Below, one piece after another: positions 1 to 12,499 of a stretch of DNA of 64,000 nucleotides. Every line of letters starts with the position of its first letter. Positions within the stretch are counted from its first letter, which is position 1. This stretch comes from Raillietiella orientalis (Eukaryota). A model generated the notes under the pieces. The model did no database searches and was not told the origin of the DNA. It saw only the letters and a list, made by a program, of their open reading frames with translations. Location: contig JAYWIR010000016.1 of the NCBI GenBank assembly GCA_036172245.1, forward strand, positions 1,240,001-1,304,000, read 5' to 3'. The translations under genes were made by a program, and so were the position numbers.

Positions 1-430
1 CCCCGAACCTGTCCAGGTGCGGGTCGGTGGAATCAGTCCCGCCGCGTTCTCCGCGATCTGTGTCGGAGGCTGGCTGCAGCTCTGCTGCGTCGGGAGGACG
101 CCGCACGTGACCTACAAACGCGGCAGTTCTTCGCGCTCGGCGGACTTTCGACTGGCGTAGCGATCGCGACGGCATGTTGCGTGCGCCCCATCGTCACAGC
201 ACGCCACGTCTTGCAGATGCAAGCGCAGCGGCGTCCGCAAGATGCGAGGGTGCCTGCTGGGTGGCCTCATCTGGGAGCGGAAGTCAAAGCGGAGGGTCAC
301 CGGCATCCTGTGCCGGTTCTGAGCCTGTTCGTCCGGCCGACACCGGTGACTCCACACTCCCTTTATTTATTTTGCTTTTTTATTGCCCCCCCCCTCCTTT
401 CGCTCCGGACTATCCCAGCTTTTTCATTTG
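1..430 (+). mobile_element. Decayed 3' end of an L1/Tx1-like LINE (ORF2 C-terminus plus T-rich 3'UTR)
   Basis: 'GWPHL...VTGILCRF*' (frameshifted, ~258-322) followed by ctttatttattttgcttttttattgccccc. This matches the C-terminal motif and T-rich UTR of the copies at 8.7-9.3, 13.85-14.3, 17.15-18.5 and 51.2-51.57 kb. Confidence 0.55.
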
Positions 431-929
431 TCAAGATGGAGAGACATCAATGACCCTTGGCCCATCCCTCCCGTATTCCCATATTTATCTGTCATCCCCT
501 CCTTCCCTTTCCAGGTATTTAGAAATTCCGGCCTGCGTGTCTGTGGACTCTTCCCCGGAAGTTCGTTCGTCTACCGCTTGGAACTGCGTGTTCCCAAGGG
601 GTTTATTTTCTGTATTTTGGAAGGAACGCAGCGGTGCGACCGAAGGGGGACTTCCGAGCATCGTAGCGACTTGGATAAACAGCTGCTTGAATCAGTCTGG
701 TCCCTGTTGCGGCGGAGGGAAATCCCCGAAGCAAAAACAAACCGGCCTGGGCAAATTGTGCGGAGAAACTGCCAAGCGGGCAGGGAGGCTGGCAAACAGA
801 ACCTGCAGATGATGGAGTTCAAGTCGCGAGTGCGTCTATCGTCCTCCGCGCATCCTCAGCAGCAGCGATTATCATGGCTGGATCCTCCCGATGCTGCATT
901 TGCCGTGGGAAAGGAAAGATGTGACCTCC

Positions 930-1200
930 GCGCTATCGGACGAGGGGGTTGCTGCCCCGTGAAACCAAGCGCTGCGGGCTCCAATCCCCACGTGAAGGAT
1001 CGACTCCAGAAGAATGGGTGCTTCGTGGATTCGGGTTCCCCCTACAGGATGACGCTGGTTAGCCTGTAGGCTTCGGGTGCAGTACTGGTGGGGACAGCCG
1101 GGAACCGGATGCCCCTGTTGACCGGCTAGGATTGGAAGTTGACCCCACGGACTCTTTCCAGGACATCAAAGAGCCCTTGGGGGTTTTCATCCATCTCCTT
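930..1200 (+). mobile_element. SINE-like family copy 1 (5' half, degenerate tRNA-like head)
   Basis: ggatgacgctggttagcctgtaggcttcgggtgcag matches the reverse complement of ~30067-30104, and ggattggaagttgaccccacggactctttccagg matches ~3729-3762. A degenerate B box (ggctccaatcc) lies at ~977-987. Confidence 0.7.
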
Positions 1201-1229
1201 CCTCGAGGGAATCCGCCATCGCGTGCCAT

Positions 1230-2700
1230 CGAGCTGGTTGACGCCCTTTTCGTGACGTCATCTCTCCCAAGATGTGACCCAGATCTCTGATAACTCGCGT
1301 CTGTCCTCTTGACTTCTGCAAAGTCAATCAGACTCTCGGAGGACTGTCATCTTCTCGGAGAGCTACCTCATCAGCGGACGTCCCTCGTCCCTCTTTCGCG
1401 CACATCTTTTTCAGATCTTTTGCCAAATGGACTTCCCCTCGTTAGATCAAGGGAAAGCGCGTGAGTCCGGATGGAACACGTGAGGATGCTGGAAGCTCAA
1501 TACAAGTCTGCTGTGCCGTCCGCTGCATCGGGCATCTCGTCGGGGACCGCGACACATGGAAGACAAGCTCAGCTCCTTTCTTTCTCCAGCAGGTACTCGA
1601 CAGGTGCTCTTTCAGCCTTCCTGTGGCCTGCGAGATCCGAAACTGGTCGGGAAACTTTGCAGTGTTGCCTGGACGCTGCTCCCGCAGCTCCTTGGTGACC
1701 GCATCCGCTGCGACGGCCGCACGACGCGAGAGGTTGCTCCGTCCCATCCTTCAATTTCCTGAACGTTCTGGTTCTCTTCCTCCTGTCTGTTGCCGCTTCC
1801 AGAGTAGGGAGCAGGGGAGACATTCCCGTTCCTCGACGGCGCGACTCCTACCGGACCACCTTGCGGCGCATTCTCTTGCAATAACTAAATTTCCCTTCCC
1901 AGTCCGAAATCCCGTTTCCCCGACGCCGTACTCCCGAATCTTCCTGCAGCCTGTACATTGCGATCTCACTGCTGTTCATCTACCTACGGGACTGGGAGGA
2001 GGAACCCACGATGCCTGCCTCCGCGCCTGCTCTTGCCTTCACGAAGGAAGCGGACTCTTCTCCTCCCCTCCGACGGATGCAGTTGCTCGGAAACAGCCAC
2101 AGCCTCAAGAACCAGTTAAGGCATTCCGGAAAATCAAGCCGCCCCGACATTCTCTGGAGCAACCCTTCGAAGGTCCGGATTCCCATTGGGTCACACAGGT
2201 GCCATGTGATGGCTCACGAACAGGCAAGAGCAAGAAGCTCTTCCATGAAGAACACTGGTACACCAAGGCAGAACGGAGAAGCCCATCCGCATAGCAGCGC
2301 GCGAGGGACCTTCCTGGAGCGTGCCTGTCGGAGGGATATCCAGTCCAAAGATGAGGAGATGGACCGAAACGCACGTACAGATTCGAGATGCGTGCAGGTG
2401 AAAAAAATTGCATCCACTGAGTGGTCTTCTGGGACTGCACGGAGGAACGTTCTTTGGTCACTTATCGCGCTGCCTTAGCTCGGAAGGCCCATCCGGAAGT
2501 CGCCTTCCCATCTGCCTCGGTCGCAAGAAACAAGGAGAAGAGAGGAGCCTCCTCCTCCAGCTTCCGACAACACGTCCGGACCGTGCGGAGACTCCGGAGT
2601 TCGCGGCGACGTTCGGAGGGAGCGAAACAGGAATTCGATCCATCTTCTGGGACCAGCGGTCGTGGTGCTGCTAGTGCCCCCCGCTGCCACCACACACCAG
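1230..2700 (+). mobile_element. Decayed L1/Tx1-like LINE ORF2 fragment (late RT/thumb region)
   Basis: 'EHVRMLE' (~1474) resembles 'EHVQTLG' of the 4.6-6.2 kb fragment and the RT motif VKYLG. 'VHLPTGLGGGTHD' (~1975-2012) resembles the L1/Tx1 'lPk..GGLG..D' motif. Multiple frameshifts; boundaries approximate. Confidence 0.45.
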
Positions 2701-3649
2701 TGGTGGAAACCTGCAAGCAGGGGGAGGAAGGTAGCAGCACAAGTGCTGTTCCTTGGGGATGCCAGCTCAGAAGGTCTCTGCAGGCGGAGGGGAGGGAAAG
2801 TAGATGGAGCAGCAAGGTGGGTGTGTCCTCCGAGGCCCACAGAAAGGCTGCCACCATCTGGAAGAAGGTGCTCTCGCCGTTGTCAAGAGGAACTCGATAT
2901 CGTCGCCAACACGCCCCTGCTGCATTCACCCGAATACACGAAAATGGGGAAGGAAAGGAGGGGGGATCGAGGTGGAGGTGGAGGAAAACGGAAGACCCAG
3001 ATGCGCTTCGGTGCTGATGCAACACGAGCTGAGAGGCGCAGAACGGAGCGAATCCCAGCTAGCAAAAGGAGAAAAAAAAGCAGAAGGAGGAAGGATAGGG
3101 AAAAGAGGAGACTTTTGGGAAGAGGTTATATCTCTCAAAGTCGCCTCCTCTCCTCCATTGCTATTCTGAAACGTCCGAGCAGTACATCTCAGTTTGTCTG
3201 TCCCGAGATTCGTGGTAAGGAAGATCGCCCGCAACGTGCAGAGGAGGAAAAGCAGGGATGCTACCCCAGAGCGATTCTGGGTCACTGTCGCTCGCTGGAA
3301 GGACGAGCCTGCTCTGTCTTTCCTTGGTGCAACGTAGAATGCGACCGTATGGGGTAGGTGGGTGAGAAGCTCAGCCCTCTCTCTCGTTCCGAGACAGCAG
3401 AAAACCGTGGACCTGCACCTTCGAGAGCACCCATTTGCTCTCGCCTAAAGCTGAAAGGTCCAGAGCGGAATCCGGTCCTCGGCCTCCTTCTGGGGAGGGG
3501 AGAAAAAAGGGAAAGGAGACAGGAAGAAATCTTTCTGGAAACCGTGGTGGGACCTGAAGGCAGGACCCATAAAGTGTCCTCGGGAGGCACGCGAGGCACC
3601 ACGCCCACTGGGAGTCCCCTTCTTGAGCCCTTTCTTCGTCTTTCGTAAT

Positions 3650-4200
3650 CCACGCTGGCGGCCGCGCGGTGATGGCGAGTATTCGGATGTTGCGCTGGTG
3701 AAAACCGGATGACACCGTTGACCTGCCGGGATTGGAAGTCGACCCTCCGGGATCCTTCCAGGACATCGAGGAGCCGATTCCGTCCGTGGTTTTACTCCGG
3801 CTGTGCGAATGGAGCCGTTGATACCCCCTCGTGGGGTGGCCTCTCCGGAGTGTCAAGAAGAGCTCTGCCCCTTCCGGAGAGCGCCTTTCAGACAAATTGG
3901 GAAGCGTCCCTTCGGGGTTCTCTTCAGGGGAGGGGAAAACGGATTGGAGCCTTTCCGGAGATTCACTCCGGAGAAGAAATTCAGGAGCGGATCCTTTCCG
4001 AGTTCCATTCGGTAAAGAAATGAGAAATAGCTCCTCCGGAGAGAACGAGGAAGAGGTTCCCTTAGGTGTTTCCTCTTAGGCGTGAGAGGAACGGACTCCT
4101 TTCTCTGGATCCTTCTTGGATCCATAGAATCCAGGAAGGACCCGGAGATAGAGTGGTCTCCTCCTGGAGTACCCCCTATCTTGAGGAGTCACACGCACCG
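3650..4200 (+). mobile_element. SINE-like family copy 2 (body and 3' part)
   Basis: Aligns by eye to the reverse complement of 14340-14880 (ggaagtcgacc..ccttccagg; gttgatacc; ctttcagac/gaaat) and of 6655-6970 (gagaggaacggactcctt; tagagtgg..cctcctgg.gtaccc; acacgcacc). Confidence 0.75.
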
Positions 4201-4599
4201 CGTGGACAGTGTCAAAGAGTTTCGTGACCCCTCTCCCCTGCCTTTCTATGGAGGCGAACGGTTCTTCGGCACTTCTTGAGAACCAAAAAAAAAAACAGCT
4301 GGAAAAAGAGCAGCGAAAGCAGAAGAACCCAAAATTCCGTCATTCAAGTATAACTTAGGGATGAATAGCGGCCCTGCGCTCTGCTGGGCAGGCAGAGGCA
4401 TTCCTCCGCCTTAGGGGTAACGCACCCTGGATCTACCAAGCCCTGGAGTTCTTCCTCAACAGCGCCTAGTCGGAATGGTGAAGTTCCTCATCGGGAAGAA
4501 GAGCCGGGTCGACTGGTCCGTTCCCAACCGACTAACCGAAGTCCTCCTCTTCCCCCTTCCCACTCCAACTCCTACATTTCCTCTTCTCCTTTATTCTTA

Positions 4600-6200
4600 C
4601 TCCGCCTAGAGGGGAAAACAGGTGCATTTTGCAAGGGTACCCCTTTCCCTGCTCCCTGCGCAAAGGCTAGAACTGCTGGACGAAACTGGAGATTTCCGGT
4701 CTCCGGGAAGAGATGCTAGGAAGGCAAGTCCCATCGCGGAAGAGCTCTCCGGCCTCCCTTGGGGAAGTGGCTCGCACCCTGCGGAGGAGCCGACGCTGGT
4801 CCTGTCAGCTCCAGTGATCTGCTACTGCGAACCAGAGGCGTCGACGCACTTCTTCCTCCCCTGAAGAGGCACTCATGAATGCAGGGACAAAGCGGCGCGT
4901 ACTTCCTCCATCTCCCTTCCGTAGCCAGAGGAATCTGCTGAGCCTAGAGGTGCGCAAGAGTTTTTATGTCCCCACCGCGCGGGCATGCCATCGTGACGCG
5001 ATCCTCAGGGCGCCACGTAGGGGGCCCCTGCAAAGAAATGACGTAGGCGTTCAGAAGAGATGGATGTGGTGAAAGACCGACATCCTCCTCAGAGTTGCTG
5101 GAGGCCGCAACAGTTCGTCCCTTGCCTTCGGCCTTCTCTCCTTAGACGCCGCTTCGGCAGCTCGCTTCATGGACCCGGGACCTGAGCAAACAGTGCACTG
5201 TGATCCCAGGAGAAGCTGATCGTGCTTTTCCTCCTGCAGATTATTCGGGGTTCCCCAGGGAAGAAAAGGTTGAAAGACAAACTGTGAGCTTCCTTCCTTC
5301 CCGCCGTGGCTTGGCATTGGCGGTAGTTAAGGGAAGAGCTCGTTCGATTCCTTCTCATGCTGGAGCGACATGCATCCGGGATTTCGGGAGCACAGAGTGG
5401 AGCACAGGAAGATGGCGAAACGTATGACTGTTTCACACCAACTCCTCGAAGGATACAAATTTTCCAGAGTTCTCGAGCCCCTGATTACTGTTTATCAGGA
5501 GAGGATCTGGTCTTGACGAATGGACCTGCCCGTCTTTCATTCACTGTTCTCCAAGAAGCTGGAAGACTGATCAAAACAGGAAGCCGAGAAAAACTCGATT
5601 CCGTAGTCATCTCCGCGGTGGCGGTGCCTTGATGGCGACGAGAGCGCCCTGCAGGAGCGAGGGAGGAAGTGGTTGAATTTTGTCACATCTCCGACGCTCT
5701 GCGCAGCGGGACGGCCCAAGAGCACGACCGGAAGACACAAGTGGGCTAACTTGGGGCAGGTTCGGACTACCGTGGCAACGGGTCTGCGCCACGACACGGC
5801 ATAGCTTGACACCAACGCGAGGCGGGAGTCCCTGGAATGTAATCTTGCTCGGGTGAGGAAGGAATTCGACCATGAGCGACCCACGTCCACTCCAGCGCTG
5901 AATCACCTCAAATCGCGCCCCGATGCGGTGCTTTCGGGATTCCAGAATTCTCTTAAACAAAGACCAAGCGTTTGCACGTGCTCCTGCCCCTCCTTTCCTG
6001 ATATCCCGTTCCTGCTTAATGAGATGGGAATCTTCACTTTCACTCCTCGCGCTTCCTTCCTCCCGCTTTCCTGCCCAGACGACGGATGGGAGCTGATCAT
6101 CAGCTACGGTTTCATCAATCCTCTCGTGCTGATGTTTCCTTTAGTTACCCGAAATTCTTCCATCCACTTGGGAATGTTTTTCTTTCTTCCGGTTTTAGAA
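4600..6200 (-). mobile_element. Decayed L1/Tx1-like LINE ORF2 fragment
   Basis: Minus strand reads 'EHVQTLGLCL..FW' then 'W...LHSRDSRLALVSSYAVSW..VATVV..CP', resembling the RT KYLG motif followed by the Tx1/L1 thumb 'LS..GR..LvnS..lS...Y'. Interrupted by stops and frameshifts. Confidence 0.5.
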
Positions 6201-6654
6201 GGAATAAGTCTGTTCTAGGAAATTCCCTAATTCCATCTTCCTGTTTTTCCATCACGACATTTCTTGTTTACCGTGATTAACTGCGTTTCCGTGATCCCCT
6301 CATATCCGCGGAGTCCATTTCCTGCTGGAAGCTGCAGCGTGGAGAAACAGTTCCTTGCACTATGCCTCTTCTCCGCAAGGATGCTCCCGGACGCGTTGCC
6401 GTGAGAAAGAGCACGCGGGAACACCTGAAAACAAGCAGCCATCTCGACATCACTTCTGGTCCATTAGCATCTGGAACGCAAACCATCCTTTTTGGGGGGG
6501 ATTCCTTTTAAATGGGACTTTGGCTTGCGTTCCTCCCAATCAGATTTTCTTTTTTTTGGTTCTCAAGTGTTGAAGAACCGTTCACCTCCTTGGGGAAGGG
6601 GGGGGGGGGAAGGGAGGTCACGTAGCTCCTTGACTCTGACCACACCATCCGAGG

Positions 6655-6970
6655 GTGCGTGTAATTCTTCATGCTATAGTGGGTACCCCAGGAGGGAACC
6701 ACTCTAAGAATCCAGGAAGGCTCCGGAGGAGGAAGGAGTCCGTTCCTCTTACGCTTGAGAGGGAATCTGGAAAAGATCTCTTGCCTTGGTTGTCTTTGAA
6801 GGGAACCCGGAGGCAAAGCCCCCCTTCCTCATTATCTTCGGAGAAGTCTAATTGAAAGAACCACTCCTCATTTCTTGTCCGAAGCACCCTGGAAAAGATC
6901 TGCTCCTGGAATTTCTCCTTCAAAGGGCGAACCTGCAAGGGACCGCTCCTTGTTTCCCCCTCTGAAGACA
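6655..6970 (-). mobile_element. SINE-like family copy 3 (3' part)
   Basis: Inverted homolog of 3920-4200. Shares gccttggttgtcttYga with 14423 and 29890, and accactcctcatttctt with ~29958. Confidence 0.75.
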
Positions 6971-8724
6971 ACCTCATGTAAGGTAGGTGCCAAGCGACCG
7001 GTGTGTCCCACTTCGATCGCTCAGGAATGGACCTCCTCTGTGCGAGCGACTCGAGTGGGATTCAGCAGGCCCTCGTACTCTGGAGAGCATGAAGAAGGTT
7101 AGCTTCGACCTTTCTTTTGGTTCCTACAGCCGTGGAGGCACCTTCTCCTGATTTCTGTATTCTCCTGTCTTCTGTGCAATTTCCATGCCACTCGAGTGCT
7201 CACCTCCATTGCATACTGCTTATTGCGCCCGCGTTCTACCGGACACTGCAAGAGAAAGAAAGGAGCCCCGTAACGCTGCTGTCCACCGCAGATGAATTCT
7301 CAGAAGCTCAGAGATAGATCGATTCAGCGGAGGCTGCTCGGGAATTCTCCTTCTGTTCGTTCCAAAAGGGTCTTCTCGGTTGCAAGGAGGTCAACGGTCT
7401 TTTGACGTCACAGAACGAATTGGGGATTCGCGGAGTAGCAGCAACGGTCTCAGGAAGGGATGATTTTTCTCTGAACCCGGTTGGTTTCCTGTTAGTTTCC
7501 CTCCACTGAATCTCCTGGACCAGTGGTTCTCACGACGGCGAGGATGCTCCCAAGAGGACCGTTGCCCAACACGCCGGAGCCCCTACCCTTTCTCCACACC
7601 GTTCCGGAAGCTGCACGAGACGCTCTCCGGGTTCGGTAGCTGGTGGAAATCCTTGGGGATGTTCGGACCAGTGGAATTCGTCGCCACGCTCCTGGATTCC
7701 TGATTCGATCCACACTCACAAAAAGAGGGGGAAGAGGACACTGGAAGGGGAGGGGGCAAAAGTAAAACGAACCCTCGAAGCTCCAGTTTTGGAAACCTGG
7801 AAAGGGGTGATTCCAGCCTCACCTTCAAGGAGGCGGAGGGATTTTCGCGAGTTTCTTCGGGACAGCCCCAAGCAAAGCGGAGATGGAGAGGCTCAAAGAG
7901 ATCTCCCGTCTGCTCATTCTGTGAATTTTCCCGTGATGGCAAGTGAAACTGAGGGGAATAAAAGATGGAAAAAAAGAAATGAAAAGATGAAGAAGGTCTT
8001 CGAAATGATGAAAAGCCGCGAAACGCAAATGGGGAGTGCCCTCAAACTCCATAAGGGGGTGGGGCTTCAAAGTAAATCTCTAGTTCAAACTCTGCAGAAG
8101 CAACCCTCTGAGCGAATCCTCTCCGGGAAGGCACGCTGGGCATCCCCGGGAACCCCGAATAGCAGTCTCGTTTCCAAGTCACGGAGGGGTGCTCCCAGCA
8201 AACAAATGTTTTCTTTCCAGGCTTGCGACTGAGCACAGTTGATAAGATGCTGGCCATCAGATTCTCTGTCTGCGGAGCGGAATTCTTATGTCCTCGTCTG
8301 GGATGAGAAAAATGCCAAGTGCTCCCCGGTCTCAATGAGCATCCCACGCCAGCTTAGAGGAGAGCAGTTGGTTGCGGAGCTCAGATAAAACTGATACTTT
8401 TTGTTGCTGCTGTTGTTTAAGAAGGAATGGAGGAGGGGATGGAGAGTGGGGAAGGCAACTGCAGCTCACCTTCTTATTTCAGCACTTGACGTCCTCTCGA
8501 ATTCCTCCTTTCCCCTTTCATCAAGCCATGGTCATCAATCCATCCCCCTTCCACGAAGTCGCACTGCTTTTCTGCTCATTGCAAGGAAGCCAAAGAGTTG
8601 CAGCCCCAACTGAAGAGCCACCAAACTCTTTCCCGTGAGACAGGAGCCCTCGGGGTGAGATGGTGGTTCTGGAATCGTCAGTGGTCGGGCTTCGAATTTT
8701 GCATTTGGTTTGACGCCCAGTTGC

Positions 8725-9300
8725 TCCGGAGCGTTTATGTATGTAAAAAATAAACATACAGGTCATTGGCAAGACGCTTGGTCCTGTCACGTTGTAAGTA
8801 TACTTAAAGGAACCTGCCGAGTACCGCAGACCAGCGGAGTTCACGTCAGCAGTGGAGGAGAGGGGAACAAACAAACAAACAGAAAATGAAACAAAAAAAC
8901 ATACAGTCAAAAAAGAAAGGAGGAGGGGAGCGTTCAGGAAGGGATAACCTAGTACTGGGGGGGTCTCCTGCAGTACTTGCATCCTTTGTAGGGTGCCGGC
9001 CAGTTCCTGTTTCAACGTTTCCAGATGGAATCATCTTGATGCTATCATCATGAAGAGGACGGCAAAATAGGTGGCGTCCCTATCGTCCTGGCCTCCTCTG
9101 GCGTTGCTTCATGCAGCCTGCATTTGGTTGGACGAGCTGAAGCGCGTAGCCACACTCTCCTGCAGGCTGATTGACCTGCAGCTATTCCTTCTCAAAATCA
9201 AGAGATGAGCCCTCAGTGACTCCCTTCCTTTAGTTCTGTTGTGCCTTCGGGGTTCGCGAAAAAAAGGAAGGAGGAATAGCTGCGAGAGTAGCGAATTGCG
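8725..9300 (-). mobile_element. 3' end of L1/Tx1-like LINE (ORF2 C-terminus plus 3'UTR)
   Basis: Minus strand reads 'LKQELAGTLQRMQ', then a T-rich UTR, cccctctcctccactgctga, and a terminal tttattttttacatacataaacgctccgg. Homologous to the 17145-17460 and 51240-51570 ends. Confidence 0.65.
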
Positions 9301-10699
9301 CAAGGAGGAATCTTCGTAGGATTAATCTTGCTCGGGCAAGATTAATTCCACGAAGGCGCCCCCGAGGCTGAACCCTGTTCGTCCCTGCCTTCACCTGCCT
9401 GCGAGAAGCCTCAAGGGGGTGATTTTTTCACGCCCTCTAATATCAGGTCGTTCCGAGGGGAAGAAACGCCGCGTTTTAGAGTGCCTCCTGTCCGCGCCTT
9501 CTTGCGCCCGCTCTCGTGATCGATACGTCTCGGCCAGACTCTTCGACGGTCCATGTGATCCGATGCATCAGAAGCCAAAGTCTGCCGACCGTTCCGTCAC
9601 TTTGCGGAATCTCTGGTGCCTGATAAGCGGATCCCGTTATTTCCAGCCACTGGAAGCAGAGGATGTCGGCCGCCGCTCTTGCTTGCAGCCGTCATCCTTC
9701 CCCCTTTCGTTCTTTCTTCTTCCTTTAGGAATAGCTGTTTATTTGTTAGCAGCTGCCTATGAATACAGTAATTGAAGTGGATGCTGCAATCTCGGAATCC
9801 ATGAAAGGAAAGAATCTCTTTGATGTTTAAAAGGAGCTGCCGCTGTGATTCTTGTTTGACGATAGCAGTTTCGGTCCAGCTCCTTGAAAGACTTCAGTAA
9901 AGACCGGCAATATCTTTCTGATCGTAGCGTTGCTGCACACACACACACACACCAAAAAAAAAAAAAATACGTAACCAAGGACTTGCAAGCTGCTGCAACC
10001 CTTCTGGAGGAGCATATGGCACCAATGCCAAGCGAGTAATTCTCCTTCCGAGATGAGACACGAGAACCACATGGCGTCCATCTGCACTGCATATCCCAGA
10101 AACGGTCTTTTCACTGCCGGCATGGTTCATAGGGTACCCATTGATTGCGTCGCCAGGATCATCAACATGACGTAGGGCCGCATAGCTTGCATTTAGGCGT
10201 TCGACTCTTTGAAGCCGGCCTGCCGAACCGCCCCATCATTCCGGCTGCGGCGGGAAAAGTCGCGACAGACGGTGCAGGCACCGGTCCGACGGCCCCACTG
10301 AATCATTCAGTCGCTAGCAGCGACGGGAGGTGCGGAAGGATGCCGTACTCCCATTTGGCAGGCGCGCTTCGGCACGCGCACTCGCAGGGTTGCCGGCTCT
10401 TTGTTCTTACTTTCTCGCGTTCCGGCTCTTCTCGTTGCCTCCCGGATCAAACTTGCGGGGACCCGCGCGTTCTCCTCCTTCAAGCTTTCTGTACTCGGTG
10501 CTTACCCCTTCCACCCCCCACCCCCTTCCACCCCGAAAAGGACCGTGAGACTGGACGGAAAGACCGAACTGGGTCTTTCCAATGAACTGAGGCGGCACAG
10601 CTCTGTCTCCAGTTTTATAACAACAACGGACACCCTGCTAGGGGGGAGGAGGACGAGGTCGGGAAAGCCGGCTGCCCCAAGCAGTCGGCGTCGTTGCCA

Positions 10700-11250
10700 T
10701 CGCAGCAACCCCCTCCTCTCCTCTCCCGCTCAGGAGATGGACTAGAAGAGCTCCCCTCTGCGGAGGACCGAGCCGATGCCAGGGGCGCTGCTCGGCTGCT
10801 CGCCTTCTTCGGCAGTGCAGGCAGGAGACGATCACAGGCGTTCCACGGAGACCGGGCAGGAACCCTCCACTCTTGGCTGGGCATGCATGTGTTGCTGCAG
10901 GCCGTCTTGCCGTCTTCCCGAGATCCTTGCGGGCGCCCTGGAACCGCCTCAGCTACGGTCAAGCCGAACGAGAGCCTTGCGGCGTGTCTTGCGAGCGGCG
11001 TCCGAACCTAAAGTTTCTCCACAAACTCTCCCGTGGCCTTCACGGCGAGATACTGTACTTCAGGCAAGCAATCCAGGAGAGAGTGGCAACAGCAGCATCC
11101 CGCAGATGTTCCGCCAGAGGCACGGCGACGGCGTTCCATCTGGGCCGCTGCCGCTGCAGATTGCTCGACTGCACGAGGTGAGAGCAGAGTTCTGCCTTAT
11201 TAGGTGATCTCTGCAGTGGCTTCTGTCGCACCGCTACGCTCCCGGCGTTC
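10700..11250 (-). mobile_element. Decayed LINE RT N-terminal fragment
   Basis: Minus strand reads 'SGSGPDGTPSPCLWRNICGMLLLPL', resembling RT domain 0 (KSPGPDGlp.efy..f...l...L). It is followed by 'LWRNFR' and 'KALVRL'-like remnants of NWRPISL/KILAKRL. Confidence 0.45.
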
Positions 11251-12499
11251 CTTCAGGAAGAAGTCCCGGACGAGCGCGCTCACGCATTCCAAAAGCCACG
11301 CAACTCTTCCGAGCAAACAAGGAGGCAAATCGGGAGAGTCCGCAAGTCTATCGATGCATCTCGACTGCATCCACGGCGAATGAGTACAGAAAGCCCTCGC
11401 TCGATCCGAAGCTGCGAATCCTCCTGGGATTCCAAATCAATCTCTGGCTTTCCCGTTTTTTTTTTTTTGGCATCTTCTCTCGGAGGGAAGAAATGCTCAT
11501 TCCAGTATGCGACGATTGCGGAGGACAATGTTTTCCCTTAAAACGCTGACGCAGCACACATTTGTCGCAGTTACCGGCATGTGCACTCTGGATGTCAGCG
11601 ACTTTTCTCATTAGTCTGATTTTCCTTCTTTTTTTAGGCGTGACGTCGCAGCAGCTGAGGTGGGGTAAAATAGGACAACCACTCATTCCGCTTCCTGGAT
11701 TCCCGGCACAAGACCACTCGGATTCCTCTTGAGGTTTCCGGTGCTCCGAGGACATTCAGAATGCTTTGTCTATCCCGTCAGCAGCTCTGAGGTCGTCGTC
11801 TCGAAGAGCTGACCTGTCTAGACTTGCTCCGGACGTCATCCTGTGGTGGAGCCTCGAATTGCCCTCGAAGACGGGATCCATTCGAGGGAGCGCGGGAAGA
11901 GAAATCTTCCGGCCTGTGTGACCCTCGGCGCAAGGGGAAGGAACACGGAGAGGCGAGGCTACCTTCGATGAGCAGACGCTCCTGTAGAGGGGTGGAGACA
12001 CCCGAGCATTCCCCCTTCGATGGAGAGCGTGCGACTTCCTGTTCGAAAGCGAGCGTGGCTCAACCTCCTGCCCGTGGAAGCTGCGCCTTCCAGGATGGGG
12101 TGGTTTCACTTTCGCGCTTCCTGGAATGGTCGCATCTGCATCTGTGTCTCCCTTTCCCCCCCCCCCCTCTTATCTCGAGGAGGTGCCTCCGACTAGGAAG
12201 GGCTGATCCAGAAGGTTGTCCGAAAAAATCGAAAGCGGTTGGACTATTTACCATTCCCTTCCCTACTCCGAATCGACTTGGAACTGCAATGGGACGACGG
12301 ATCGTTCATTCTGGACGTCTCCTGTCCTTTTGGAAGCTCCTTGGAACTCTTCCCTTTTCTCAGCCATGGGCATTTCTGCATCAACAAAGGCGTTCCTTAT
12401 AAGATCCTTAGGACTCTGGGATCGAGGAAAGATGTGGTTCCGATGTAGACCAGGATCCTAATCTGAACCAGATGGAGCAAATCAGGGGGCAGCTGGTGT

